A stretch of 64,000 nucleotides of DNA from Eledone cirrhosa (taxonomy: Eukaryota). The position numbers and the translations under genes are program-made. The notes under the pieces are model-generated. The model saw only the letters and a program-made list of their open reading frames with translations. It did not search any database and had not been told where the DNA came from. Location: positions 6,138,001 to 6,202,000 of the forward strand of contig OZ024749.1 in the NCBI GenBank assembly GCA_964016885.1, given 5' to 3'. Below are positions 13,594-27,276 of this stretch, piece by piece. Each line of letters begins with the position of its first letter. The stretch's first letter is position 1.

Positions 13594-13631
13594 ATATATA
13601 TCTACGTATATATATATATGTATATATATAC

Positions 13632-13726
<95 letters not shown>

Positions 13727-13801
13727 TAGATAGATATGTATATATATGCATATATATTTATATATATATATACACACACATGAACATCTATATTCATACA
13801 T

Positions 13802-13914
<113 letters not shown>

Positions 13915-13920
13915 TATATG

Positions 13921-13965
<45 letters not shown>

Positions 13966-14039
13966 TTTTATACAAATATACAATATATCTTTTGGGCCAT
14001 TTTTATTTTACCATTAGTAACAGCAAGAATGTGGTTGAC

Positions 14040-15212
14040 AGGGTGTGTACGAGGGTGTGTCTGTCAAACTGTGTGTGTGTGTGCGTGTGTATGAGTGTGT
14101 CTGTCGTCTAACTATGTGTGTGTGTGTGTGTGTGTACGAGGGTGTGAGTGTTTGTCTACGTGTGTAAGTGTGTGCGTACTAGGGTGTGTATATGTCTGTC
14201 TACATGTGTGTGTGTGTGTACGAGGGTGTGAGTGTTTGTCTACATGTGAGTGTGTGTGTGTACGAGGGTGTGAGTGTTTGTCTACATGTGAGTGTGTGTG
14301 TGTGTACGATGGTGTGAGTGTTTGTCTACGTGTGTGTGTGTGTACGAGTGTGTATGTATGTTTATGTGTGTGTACGAGGGTGTGTATCTGTCTGTCTACA
14401 TGTGTGTGTGTATGAGGGTGTGAGTGTTTGTCTACATGTGTGTGTGTGTGTGTATACGAGGGTGGGTGTTTGTCTGTCTATGTGTGTGTGTGTGTCTGTT
14501 TGTTTACGAGGGTGTGTGTATGTGTGTGTATACGAGGGTGTGTGTATGTCTGTTTATGTGTGTGTGTGTGTGTGTACGAGTGTGTACGAGTGTGTATGTA
14601 TGTTTATGTGTGTGTGTACGAGGGTGTGTATCTGTCTGTCTATGTGTGTGTGTGTACGAGGATGCATGTATGTATCTGTGTGTGTGTACGAGGATGCGTG
14701 TATGTATGTGTGTGTGTGTGTGTACGAGGGTGTGTCAGTGTTTGTCTACATGTGTGTGTGTGTACGAGGGTGTGTGCTGTATGTTTACATGTGAGTGTGT
14801 GTACGTGTACGGGAGTGTGAATGTTTGTCTCCATTGCGTCAGTGTGCGTGTGTCTGTCTGTTTACGTGTGTGTGTGTGTGTGTGTACGAGGTGGTGTGTA
14901 TGTCTGTCTACATGTGTGTGTGTACGAGGGTGTGAATGTTTGTCTACATGTGTGTGTGTGTGTGTATACGAGGGTGGGTGTTTGTCTGTCTATGTGTGTG
15001 TGTGTGTCTGTGTACGAGGGTGTGTGTATGTGTGTGTATACGAGGGCGGGTGTCTGTCTGTCTATATGTGTGTGTGTACACTAGGGTGTGTGTGTACGAG
15101 GGTGTGTGTATGTGTGTGTCTGTCTGTCTATATGTGTGTGTGTGTGTACACTAGTGTGTGTGTATGTCTGCCTATCTACATGTGGGTGTGTGTGTTTGTG
15201 TGTGTGTGTGTG
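14040..15212. repeat. (GT)-rich cryptic minisatellite with TACGAGGG motif
   Basis: Recurring GTGTGTACGAGGGTGTG..TGTCTACATG. Confidence 0.9.
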
Positions 15213-15431
15213 GCAATATTTAAAACAAAGATGTAAAATGGAGGAAGTAATCATTAGCTGCACTATATCGCCATTTTCCAAGTGATAATTAGCTGTATTT
15301 TACTGTATAATGAATGATACGAGTGATTTTAATTTTTGCCGGTGGGTGGTGGGGGCTGTGGTGGGGGGTGGGGATGATATAAAAGAGTCATTTGTGAATA
15401 TCAATCAGATTTATTTTTAAATTCAATTTAA

Positions 15432-15835
15432 CCCTCTTGCATAATATCCGGCTAGAATTCTCTGACCTCTTTCTGTTCAAACTGGCCATAACCAGCCACT
15501 CATACTGATGTTAAGGTATTGTTCTCCAAACAAATAATTGTTTCTACTTTCGGCACAAGGCCAGCAAATACTCAGTACATTACTGGTACTTTATTTTATC
15601 GACCCCGTAAGGATGAAAGGCAAAGTAAACCTCGGCGGGATTTGAACTCAGAATGGCAAGGGCCGTAACTCAATGCGTCAAAGCATGGTGTCCGACCCTC
15701 TACCGATACTGCCAATTCACCGCCCGTTCTCCAAACAAATAATATCAAAATCTCGTAGATTCAATATTATGTGAGATAATTATGTGGTTATAAAGCCTTT
15801 ACCATGAAAATGCAATAATAAATATAAAGTAAATC
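15432..15835. mobile_element. Second, degraded copy of the piggyBac-type MITE interrupted by a SINE
   Basis: Starts TTAA-CCCTCTTGC and its body matches 42703-42900. The SINE insertion is flanked by duplicated GTTCTCCAAACAAATAAT. Confidence 0.75.
15534..15724 (-). mobile_element. tRNA-derived SINE family B with clear TSD
   Basis: GGCGGTGAATTGGCAG..GAGTTCAAATCCCGCCGAGG..CTTTGCCTTTCATCCT..GTAGAAACAAT(TAT)n. TSD at 15521-15538 and 15726-15743. Confidence 0.9.
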
Positions 15836-16419
15836 CTTCCTACTCATGTTAGTGTTGGAGATGGACGTTAAACGACGATGATGATGATATATACATGTGT
15901 GTATATATATATGTATATGTATGATATGCTAAGGGGTCATCTCTCCAGGGGTCAAGGCAGAATTCTAGGAGAAGGAAAACTCTGATATAACACCTGCAAC
16001 CCTGATGGTATCCAATGATGTTAATTTGTTCTTCTTTTTTGGTAAATATCATCTTGTTTAAGAGAGTGGGACTGGCTTTGTGCAGTGTCTTTGCTCACTA
16101 TAAAAGCTTCATGGCACAGGCAGTGCTTTATATCTGGAGATCTCTCTGCACTTGTCACATGGTGCCATGGGCCCAGCACTATGTGTCAATAATTGTCACA
16201 AGTGTAGTGTTTGTACCAGAGTTTTCATGTCGCAGGCTGGACTAAACAGTCACACTCGTTCAGCGCATCGGTAGGGGTTCTCCTACATGGATATAAAGTA
16301 GTGGCCGTACTCGAAAACGAGTTGGCAGCCACCATATGTATGATATATGTATAGATATATATATATATATATGCATATCGATATTGTATAAGTATATGCA
16401 TGCAAATATATATATATTC

Positions 16420-16552
16420 TAAGGCGGGTAAAATTCCCGAGATCCATGGACGAGTTCTCTCCAGCGGTCTCTGTCCCTCATTATCGCTGCCATGTCCTGC
16501 GTCTCCATCAGACCAGTGTCTGTCCTTAGGGCATTAACATACGTTAACCTTG
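16420..16552 (-). mobile_element. Third LINE (RTE-like) ORF C-terminal fragment
   Basis: Minus strand reads RLTYVNALRTDTGLMETQDMAAIMRDRDRWRELVHGSR, a typical RTE-type ending. Confidence 0.5.
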
Positions 16553-16747
16553 ATGTACACCTTGATTTACACTGTAAATGTGGTTGGTGTTAGGAAGGGC
16601 ATCCAACTGTAGAAAACCCGTCAGACAGTCCTATGCGAGCAAGACAACCACTCCTTGCCTCAAGTGGGAAAACTCCCGTCCAAACCCATGCAAGCATGGA
16701 ACACGGACGTTAAACGATGATGATGATGATATACATATATATATATA

Positions 16748-17395
16748 CTCGAGAGAAGACTACGTTGGTATGTCCACGTGATGCGCATGAAAGACGACAG
16801 CTGTATAAAAAAGTTCAGGGCGATCAAAATTGATGGTAGTTACGGAGTAGGTAGACCCAGAAAAACCTGGGACGATCTGATAAATTTCGACCTTACACAC
16901 TTGCACCTCTCTAAGACAATGTCACTGGACCGAGATCTTTGGCGCTACACAGTAATACAGAAGACCCGCCTTGCCTATGTACAAAGCGAAACCTACAGTC
17001 AGTAGGCACCCTTAACCAAATATACACCCCAATCCACTACCCCTACCATATCCTCCCACTCCCACCAACACCACCCGCTCTCTATAAAGTTGGTACCACA
17101 ACATCCACTCCAAATAAATGAGATAATGAGATCGAGATCGTGTAGGTCTCACGAGAAAAAACACACACAGCCCACGCTGTAATGTGGCCGTGTAGGTAAC
17201 ACGGTAAAAAGTTCCCAGTTCCACACTGTAAATGTGGTTGGTGTTAGGAAGCGCATCCAGCCATAGAAAACCTGAAAGATAGTCCTATACGAGCGAGGCA
17301 TGGTCACCCGACCAACCTTGCCTCAAGTGGGACAACTCCCGTCTAACCCATGCTAGCGTGGAAAATGGACGTTAAACAAAGATGATGATGATGAT
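16748..17395 (+). mobile_element. RTE LINE 3' fragment with long 3' UTR (subfamily of 39005-40153)
   Basis: MRMKDDSCIKK..GRPRKTWDDLINFDL. The UTR resembles 39760-40150 and there is a (GAT)n tail. Additional tail-only fragments flank it (16570-16730, 17430-17690, 17890-18100). Confidence 0.85.
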
Positions 17396-17659
17396 ATATC
17401 ATTATCATGATATATATATTATGTTTGTACCACAAAACATCCAGCCCACACTGTAAAGTGGTCGTGTAAAAGACACGGCAAAAAGTACCCAGTACCCGGT
17501 ACACACTGTAAATGTGGTTGGCGTTAGGATGGGCATCCAGCTGCAGAAAATCAGCCAGAAACAGTCCTATGTGAGTGAGACATCCTCACTTGACCCAACT
17601 TGCCTCTAAATGGGACAAACCTGTCTATCCTAAGCTCACATAGAAGATCGACATTACCC

Positions 17660-17690
<31 letters not shown>

Positions 17691-19084
17691 AGTGAGGCTT
17701 TACAATAGAGCAGTCATCTTTGTATTGTTATCACTTAACACAAATGTTTACTGTGTTACTTAGTCTCTGTCCTTATTTGATTTGTTTATCGGAAATAATT
17801 TTAGTTTATATATACACATATAAAGGCGGTACCCCAGCATGGCCTCAACCGGATGGCTGGAACAGGTAAAAGAGTATAAATATATGGCGCAACAAAAAGT
17901 GCACATCCCACACTGTAAAGTGGTTGAGGAGGATTTGAATCCACACTGTAAAAGTGGTTGGTGTTAGATAGGGCATCAAGTTCTGCGTGTGCAAGACGTG
18001 GTCATCTGACCTGGCTTGTCTCACAATGGGACAACTCATATAACTGATGCTAATGTGGAAAATGGTTGTTAAATGGTGACGATGATGATAATGATAATGG
18101 TGGTGCTGATGATATATATATATACATCAGTTAAAATTCTAGCAGTCTGATGAGGTCATAGCTGTTGCATAACAGTTATCACCCAAAAATATATAACAGC
18201 AACCATGAATAAACAAAGTTAAATTTAACCTGCTGACTTATACTTCATGTTTATATACATTGCCCATTGAGTGCGCTAAGATACAACCGGTACTGGCATT
18301 GATAAATATGCTGGGTCCGTCACCCCTTATTATTATTATATATATATAGAGAGAGATATATATAGCTTTGCTGGATAACCTTTCACTTCAACTCTTAACA
18401 CAGGCATACCTTCAAACCTACAGCAGTGAAAACCATTGGCTTCCAGGGTCCCTGAACTTCCTCCCTACTTACCGTGATCAGGTTGGTTTTGAACCCTCAC
18501 AAGAATTGCCCCCCCCCCCCTCCAATTTAGTTGTCCCTTTCAGCACATCTTTTTCATTGCCTTATAAGGTAACACAGTTGCAATTCTCCCAACTGAAAAA
18601 AAAAACGAACTATGAAGCAACAACCATCTGAAGTTTTACATTTGAAAGAGACAAAAAATGATTGAACAAAAGAATTTGACAATCTTTCATTGGTTGATTC
18701 CTGCTGTTAAAATATGTCACTATACACGACTTAATTACAAAACTGTAGTTATATACTGTAATTAACACTTTCATTGCAATATCTCTAATGAAATACGTTG
18801 CATGTGATTTCGGAATAAGTTTGAATATGTTCAATATTTTTAATGGATTTAATAATATAACTTTCTCATTATTACGTTGAAACACAACAAAACATGACAT
18901 GAAGCTATAATGGAAGGTTTTTTAGATAAATATAAACACATTAAAATAAGTAGGTTTGTAACATAAAGCAAGGACACTTCAAGTGGTTTGATACCAAAAG
19001 AGTTAATATGTATGAATCTCACTCAGAGTTCTAACTAAGGGTTACGTACAGTACATGGCAACTGACTTGTGTATTTGGTATAAT

Positions 19085-20075
19085 ACAGTATTGAGGATGT
19101 GACACAGTACTGATACTGTGACACATTATTGTGGATGTGACACAGTACTGATAATGTGACACATTATTGAGGATGTGACACAGGATTGATAATGTGACAC
19201 AGTGTTGAGGATGTGACACAGTACTGATAATGTGACACATTACTGATAGTGTGACACATCATTGAGGATGTAACACAGTACCGATATTGTGACACAAAAC
19301 TGATAGTGTGACACATTATTGAGTGCGGGACACAGTATTGAGGGTGGGACACAATATTGATGACATTACACAGTACTGATAGGGTGGCACAGAACTGATA
19401 GTGTAGCACATTATTGAGAGTGTGACACAGCACAGAGGCTGTGGCCCAGTACTGATAGTGTGACACAATATTGGGGCTGTGACACAATACTGATTGTGTG
19501 ACACAGAACTGATAGTCTGACACAGTATTGAGGATGTGACATAGTATTGAGGATGTGACACAGTGCTGATAGTGTGACACACTATTGAGAATTTGACACA
19601 ATATTGAGGATGAAACACAGTACTGATAGTGTGACACAATATTGATGGTGTGACACAGTGTTGATGGTGTGTCACAGTAGTGGTGTGATACATCATTGGG
19701 GATGTGACACTGTTCCTGGCATGATTGGTATTGGTGTGACACACTGTTGATGGAGTGACAGTTTTTATATTGTGACCCATTATCGATGGTGTGACACAGT
19801 ATATATGATGTTACACAGTATATATGATGTGGCACAGTATTGAGGGCGTGACACAGTATAGATGATGTGAAACAATACTGAGGGTGAGACACACTACTGA
19901 TGGTGTGACACATTATTGAGGGTGTGACAAAGTATTGATGATGTGACACAGTATTGATAGTGTGGCATGGTGTTGATGATGTGACACACTAGTGTGATAG
20001 TGTGACATAGTGTTGATGATGTGACACACAAGTGTGATAGTGTGACATGGTGTTGATACTACTGCTGTTACATGG
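19085..20075. repeat. ~19/38-bp TGTGACACA minisatellite
   Basis: GAGGATGTGACACAGTACTGATAGTGTGACACATTATT-like units, degenerating to about 20350. Confidence 0.9.
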
Positions 20076-20598
20076 TGACAAGTTACTCTACTATGTGACA
20101 CAACAATGATATTGTTGTTGCTATTACAACATCATGTCTGTTAGTCTGCTCTGTGACAGTAGATATTACAGCTGTTACAAGGTGACAGAGTCCTCTCAGT
20201 GTGATAATGATTTTATGATACAATACTGCCACTGTTGTAGTTACAATATGGTGACATGACATTTTACTCTGTGATACAACACTGACACTGTTGTAGTTAC
20301 AACAATATGATATGGTGACAAGTATTCTCCCCTGTGACACAGGCAATGTGTCATGACAGCTATTGCTGCTGTTACAGCACGGTCAAAGATGGATGTACAA
20401 TGTGGTAACAGATGATATTTAAAGAAACCTACATTATAAATGGCGGGATAATGAGGGCATGTCTTTGGTCACATATGGCTCAATCATATCTGTCATGTAG
20501 CTGCTACATGTAGCTAAGTAACAACTATAACAACTACACCTGTCTAACATGGACATGTATACATTATTGGGCTCTGCTGTAGTATTGAATAAATATTA

Positions 20599-21152
20599 TT
20601 GGTTTGGTGCATAATTATTGCGGCTTTTTTTCAACAAATTTTATTTAACGAAAACAATAACAATATTTAACAAAAACATCTTTAAATGGCGGTGGGGTTT
20701 TTTCTCTTTTCAGAATGCGTATCGAAAAATCATATCCACATTCGCCATATTATGCTCTACCACTTCGAGAAAGGTTGCAATGCAGCCTCAGTCATTTCGT
20801 GATCTCAATGAAGTTTTTGGTGAAGGTACAACCAGCAAAAGCCAAGTTGAAAGATGGTTCAGGAAGTTCAAATCGGGCGATACAAACCTTGCTGATGACG
20901 AAGGAAGAGGTCGACCATCAAATTTCAATGACCAGGCACTTTTGGCAGCTGTGGAAGAGGACGAAAGCTTGACAACGAGAATGTTGGGTGAAGACTTCAA
21001 TGTGGACCATTCGACCATCGTTCGTCGTCTCAAAAAGCTCAGAAAAGTATGGAAATTGGCTGGGTGGGTCCCCCACGAACTCTCTGATAACAACAAAGCC
21101 GAACGTGTCCGAATTTTTACCGATTTGCCGCAATAATTATACACCAACCCAA
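20599..21152 (+). mobile_element. Internally deleted mariner element with both TIRs
   Basis: TIRs TTGGTTTGGTGCATAATTATTGCGG and CCGCAATAATTATACACCAACCCAA are each flanked by TA. It encodes a frameshifted N-terminal HTH region through WVPHEL and has no catalytic domain. Confidence 0.93.
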
Positions 21153-21165
21153 TATTAAAGAGCAA

Positions 21166-21356
21166 GGTGGTAGATTGGCAGTATCGGTAGAGGGTTGGAC
21201 GCCATGCTTTGACGCATAGAGTTACGGCCCTTGCCATTCTGAGTTCAAATCCTGCCGAGGTTAACTTTGCCTTTCATCCTTACGGGGTCGATAAAATAAA
21301 GTACCAGTAATGCACTGGGTAATTGTTGGCCTTGCGCCAAATGTAGAAACAATTAT
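21166..21356 (+). mobile_element. SINE B
   Basis: Full match. Confidence 0.88.
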
Positions 21357-21379
21357 AAAAGAGCAAGGTAATTTTTTTC

Positions 21380-22980
21380 CTCTGTCTCTTTCTCTCTCTC
21401 TCTCATACATTACTGTCTCTCTGTCTCTCTCTCATACATTACTGTCTCTCTCTCTCTCTCATACATTACTGTCTCTCTGTCTCTCTCTCTCTCTCATACA
21501 TTACTGTCTCTCTGTCTCTTTCTCTCTCATACATGACTGTCTCTCTGTCTCTCTCTCTCATACATTACTGTCTCTCTGTCTCTCTCTCATACATTACTGT
21601 CTCTCTCTCTCTCATACATTATTGTCTCTCTGTCTCTCTCTCTCTCATACATTACTGTCTCTCTGTCTCTCTCTCTCTCATACATTACTGTCTCTCTGTC
21701 TCTCTCTCTCATACATTACTGTCTCTCTGTCTCTCTCTCTCTCTCATTCATTACTGTCTCTCTCTCTCTCATACATTACTGTCTCTCTGTCTCTTTCTCT
21801 CTCATACATGACTGTCTCTCTGTCTCTCTCTCTCATACATTACTGTCTCTCTGTCTCTCTCTCTCTCTCATTCATTACTGTCTCTCTCTCTCTCATACAT
21901 TACTGTCTCTCTGTCTCTCTCTCTCTCTCATACATTACTGTCTCTCTGTCTCTTTCTCTCTCATACATGACTGTCTCTCTGTCTCTCTCTCTCATACATT
22001 ACTGTCTCTCTGTCTCTCTCTCTCTCTCATACATTACTGTCTCTCTGTCTCTCTCTCATACATTACTGTCTCTCTGTCTCTTTCTCTCTCATACATGACT
22101 GTCTCTCTGTCTCTCATACATTACTGTCTCTCTGTCTCTTTCTCTCTCATACATTACTGTCTCTCTGTCTCTCTCTCTCATACATTACTGTCTCTCTGTC
22201 TCTTTCTCTCTCTCTCATACATTACTGTCTCTTCTGTCTCTCTCTCTCATACATTACTTTCTCTGTCTCTTTCTCTCATACATTACTTTCTCTGTCTCTT
22301 TCTCTGCTTTTTACTCATGTATTACTCTCTCTCTCTCTCACTAATATGTTGTTGTCTCTCTCTCTTTCTCTCACTAATACGTTGTTGTCTCTCTCTCTTT
22401 CTCTCACTAATATGTTGTCTCTCTCTCTCACTAATACGTTGTTGTCTCTCTCTCTCTCTCTCTCTCTCTCTTATATATTACTCTCTTTCTCTTATATATT
22501 ACTCTCTCTTTTATATATTACTCTCTCTCTCTCTCTTATGTATTACTCTCTTTCTCTCTCTCTTATATATTACTTCCACTCTCTCCTAAATTACTATCTC
22601 TCTCTCTAATATATTACTCTCTCTCTTATGTATTACTCTCTTTATCTCTCTCTCATATATTACTCTCTTTCTCTCTCTCTCATATATTACTCTATTTCTC
22701 TCTCTCTCTTATGTATTACTCTCTTTCTCTCTCTCTCATATATTACTCTCTTTCTCTCTCTCTCTTATGCATTACTCTCTTTCTCTCTCTCTTATATATT
22801 ACTTCCACTCTCTCCTAAATTACTATCTCTCTCTCTCTAATATATTACTCTCTCTCTTATGTATTACTATCTTTCTCTCTCTCTCTAATATATTACTGTC
22901 TCTCTCTCTCTCTCTTATATATTACTTCCTCTCTCTCTCTCTCTCTCACACATACATATTACACCCACTCTCTCTCTCCC
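21380..22980. repeat. CT-rich minisatellite (CTCTCATACATTACTGT, then TATATTACTCTC)
   Basis: Direct inspection. Confidence 0.92.
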
Positions 22981-23479
22981 TCACCTTATACAGCTCTATC
23001 ATTTACCTGTCCACCAGACTTCATTATTTACAGAGAAACATATCCATTTTCTCACATGACAGACAATTTACCACATTCTCACCAATTTTCTACTCTGCAA
23101 TATCTTCCAGCTCTGGCAGTAATTGGAATGGATTACCAAAGACTGCATATTCTAGCTTTTAAAAAGCACCATGCTAGATTCACATTAAATTAATAAATAC
23201 ACTAACAGAACAACTTTCTCAACATCGAATTGGAACTGGCGTCTTCGCCACATGTTTCACATTTTAGAACATGGATTGGATGGGACTAGAATGTTTTTTT
23301 ACAACACACTGATGTATACGTGTATATATGTGTGCATGTGTGTATGTGCATATGCGTAGATTATACATTTATATGTGTGAGTATATAAACACGAATGTGC
23401 AAACAGAGAATTGCCATCAACCTGAGATTGTCATGCTCTTGATACAACTGAAGAGCACTCTCTCTTTGTTAGCCTGACT

Positions 23480-23517
<38 letters not shown>

Positions 23518-23559
23518 TATTTGTGTAAGAAAAGTTAACAAGGAAGACCACTTAGCTTG

Positions 23560-24205
23560 TTGGTTACAGAAAATGTTTTATGTTTTCCACATTCCCGAAA
23601 TGATGACCCTTCAACTTCAGTTTTAAATTATCAAATTAGGGAAGTTGTAGAAATTACAGGGAGCTAGATTTGAGCTGTAGGGAGGATGTCAAAGAATGAG
23701 AGTGTTTTTCTTCACCAGAGGTTCTCTAATTGAACATGAGCAAGGCATGTTATCATGGGGCAGTGCTCAATTTCCTGCAATGTCCTTTCAGATTAACTGA
23801 ATACATTTTTTTTTTAAGTCATTCAAAGACATCTTTCTAGAAGTTGTGATTAACTGTCTGTCCTGGATTTTAAAATTCTGTGTGACAATGTGACAGTAGT
23901 TGAAAAAAATCATCATTTTTAGCCTGGATGTGCTCATACATGCTTTATTTGTATGAGGAGAATTTTTCGTATCCATCTCCTCGTGTTGCTTCTTTGTCTC
24001 GTGATTGTACTCAAACACACATGGCTCATCTGCTGTTATCACTTAATTCAAGAACTGTGGCTCAATTTTAAGTATTTCTAATAAATCCTAACAAATTTTC
24101 AACCACTTCACTTTTTGCTCCACAGACAAGTGTTTAGACAATAGTTTCTCACAAATTTTTCATGTGCAAATTGTTTGTTTAAATTCAGGGAACTGCTTTT
24201 TCTTT
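23560..24205 (-). pseudogene. Decayed mariner transposase catalytic-domain fragment
   Basis: ITADEPCVFEYNHETKKQ (ITGDETW-like), with downstream HDNM (HDNA-like) and YSSNLAP (YSPDLAP-like) motifs, plus stops and frameshifts. Confidence 0.8.
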
Positions 24206-24227
24206 TATCAAAGTTCATTTCTTCTGC

Positions 24228-25405
24228 AGGGACTAGAAAGAAAGGGTCTCAAAGTCAACATGACAAAGACTAAGGTCCTTGTAAGTAGACGAGAAAACAG
24301 AACCCAGATCCCCTCAGGGAAATGGCCTTGCTCAGTATGTAGGAAAGGTGTAGGTAGGAACTCCATTCTCTGCCCCAAATGCAAACAATGGGTACACAAG
24401 AGATGTAGCGGGATCTCAGGAAGCTTAATTAAGAATGTAGGATTCACATGCAGCAAAAAGCCACAGGAAACAAGTACCACCAATCTCTGGGAGGGCTCTG
24501 TAGAAACAGTAGACAGCTTCTGCTACCTAGGTGACCGAATTAGCAGCGGAGGTGGGTGTTCAGAAAGTACAATAACTAGGGTAAGAACGGGATGGAAGAA
24601 GTTCAGGGAACTACTGCCACTGCTAGCTGCAAAAGGCTTCTCCCTCAATATGAAAGGCAGACTGTATGATGCGTGTATCTGAACAGCAATGTTACATGGT
24701 AGTGAGACCTGGGCGCTGAAGGTGGAAGACTTACGTAGATTAGAAAGAAACGAAGCCTGAATGCTCCGATGGATGTGTAATAGTAATATACGCGAACGAC
24801 AAAGCATAAATGAATTGAGAGAGAGACTGAGCATAAGAGGAATCAAATGATGTGTGCAGGAGAGGCGATTGCATTGGTATGGACATGTGATGCGTATGAA
24901 GGATGACAGCTGCATAGAAAGGTGCAGAGCACTAGAAGTCAATAGAAACCGCGGAGTGGGAGACCCAAGGAGACATGGAATGAGGTGATAAAAGCCGACC
25001 TTACCCAATTACACCTCTCAAAGGCGATGACACACGACTGTGACATCTGGCGTCATGCAGTAATACAGAGTACCCGACCTCCCATGGGTACAAGCTGAAG
25101 CATATAGACAATATGCCCCCACACCCTCCCACTGGAAAGTGATCGTGGAGGTGCCACGGCAAAACAGCACCCAGCCCACACTGTAAAGTGGACGTGTAGG
25201 CACCACAGCAAAAAAAGCACTCAGCACTCACTGTAAATGAGGTTGGTATTAGGAAGGGCACCCAGCTGTAGAAATCAAGCCAAAATCAGTTCCTGTATGA
25301 GCAAGACAAGGTCAGCCGACCAGACACTGCCCACAACAGGACAATCCTTCTAACCCATGCTAGCATGGAAGAACGGATGTATGATGATGATGATGATGAT
25401 GATGA
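24228..25405 (+). mobile_element. Decayed RTE LINE (RT C-terminus, Cys/His-rich motif, 3' UTR)
   Basis: GLKVNMTKTKVLV..WPCSVCRKGVGRNSILCPKCKQWVHKRCSGI..DSFCYLGD..RLYDACI*, with in-frame stops and a (GAT)n tail. Confidence 0.92.
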
Positions 25406-25469
25406 ATCATTTTAACATTTAATCAGCGATCTTTTACCATCACCGATCACATCATTTCAATATTTTGTT

Positions 25470-25781
25470 CATATTGTTGTAATAATATTGCCAGAACTAA
25501 TAACAGAACACACTCACTGTTTGGTTGGTTTTTGCTTCTGCATCTTTTATATCTCCATATTTAATTCATTTGGCAATCAATGTTTATCATTGACTGATCA
25601 ATGGTCAAAAATACAGATATAAATACACATATATATAGTCTAACAAAGTTATTTTGTTGCACATCTGCAACATAATCAGTGATACTATTATCATGTTTCC
25701 TCCTATTGTGCAGAAGCGAAAACCAACCAAACAGTGAGTGTGTTCTGTTAATATTTCTGGCAATAGTATTACAACAATATG
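25470..25781. repeat. Inverted repeat, ~73-bp arms
   Basis: TAACAGAACACACTCACTGTTTGGTTGGTTTT and its reverse complement. Confidence 0.85.
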
Positions 25782-25842
25782 ACCCTCCCCAAGTATAAAA
25801 ATATTTGTTTCGACACACGATTTCATATCAAAAACCTCGCAA

Positions 25843-25878
<36 letters not shown>

Positions 25879-25960
25879 AAAGTCCAATTTAAATTGTTGG
25901 GATACAACAAGCAAATATTATTATAACTGATATAAAGCACTCGACAAATATTTGGAGTAG

Positions 25961-26236
25961 ATATACAGTATTAATAAATGGAAACTATATTTATAAAACC
26001 ATATTTATTTCATTATATATATTTCAAGGATACCAAGTTAAATCATGGTATGCCAAGATGGCCTCCAAAAACAACGGTCACCTTTTTGAAAGGGTATGTC
26101 AATTATCTATTTGTAAAACTGTTATATATTGTATTTTGTCTGATGAAGGCATACCATGATTTAACTTGGTATCCTTGAAATATATATAATGAAATAAATG
26201 TGGTTTTATAAATATAGTTTCCATTTATTAATACTG

Positions 26237-26240
<4 letters not shown>
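25961..26240. repeat. Foldback inverted repeat (~93-bp arms) overlapping a hammerhead
   Basis: Arms 25961-26054 and 26148-26240. Paralog at 37010-37625. Confidence 0.9.
26132..26196 (+). ncRNA. Type I hammerhead ribozyme motif within foldback element
   Basis: TATTTTGT-CTGATGA-AGGCATACCA..TGGTATCCTT-GAAA-TATATATA/ATGAAATA, with stem I, stem II, a palindromic short stem III and an AUA site. Confidence 0.65.
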
Positions 26241-26294
<54 letters not shown>

Positions 26295-26895
26295 AGGAGA
26301 AATATTCACACATAAGAACTGTTAACACTTGTTGAACATCACACAAGTTCCATCTACTTGTAGTTAGTTGATACTTTATAAAAACGATGTTACTAGAAAA
26401 CTTACTAAATATATTTCTTACATTCTTATTGTTTCACACACTTCATTTCAATTCAATAATCTATTATTTTATTTTTAAATTCTATTTTTAATCCACAAAT
26501 TCATTTAATTTATTTTTCTTCATCATATTATATATTTTATTTCCTCATACCAGTTTCAATTCTATTCTTCAGAATAACATGTCTCTCCATTAATATATTT
26601 CGAGGTTGTTTTTCTTTGTTTGTTGGTATGTTTGTTTATTTGATTCTTCTTCTGCTTTTTTGAGGGGTTATTTCTTTATATTGGAGTGGGGGTATACATA
26701 TATAAATAGGTAAATAAATAAACAAATAGAAAAAAAAAAGAGAGGAAAAAAATTATATTTTTGTGAAAATTGAAAAGTGGAAGAAAAATCCTACTTCATT
26801 TTAAATGTGTTTTAACAAAATAGATTTATGTTAGTCTTCTTTATTGCACTTGTTCACCTCTGTTGCCCTAAATTATCCATTCAATATTTCTCGGT

Positions 26896-26942
<47 letters not shown>

Positions 26943-26992
26943 TATACATATATGTATTAGTATATATAAATATATTAGTATATATATACATA

Positions 26993-27076
<84 letters not shown>

Positions 27077-27215
27077 TAAATATTTATTTATATATATATA
27101 TTGGTATACATACACACACACACATACATACATAAATATATATGAATATATATATATATATATATATAAACAAATGCATATGTAAATGTGTATGTATATA
27201 TATATATGTGTGTGT

Positions 27216-27276
<61 letters not shown>

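Noticed and set aside
19164-19949. 261-aa Cys/His-rich ORF resembling zinc fingers
   Set aside because: It derives from the TGTGACACA minisatellite and lacks C2H2 spacing and linkers.
22990-23192. Possible exon after a CT-rich tract (open frame of about 65 codons)
   Set aside because: There is no recognisable protein similarity and no partner exons, and the polypyrimidine tract is just the minisatellite.
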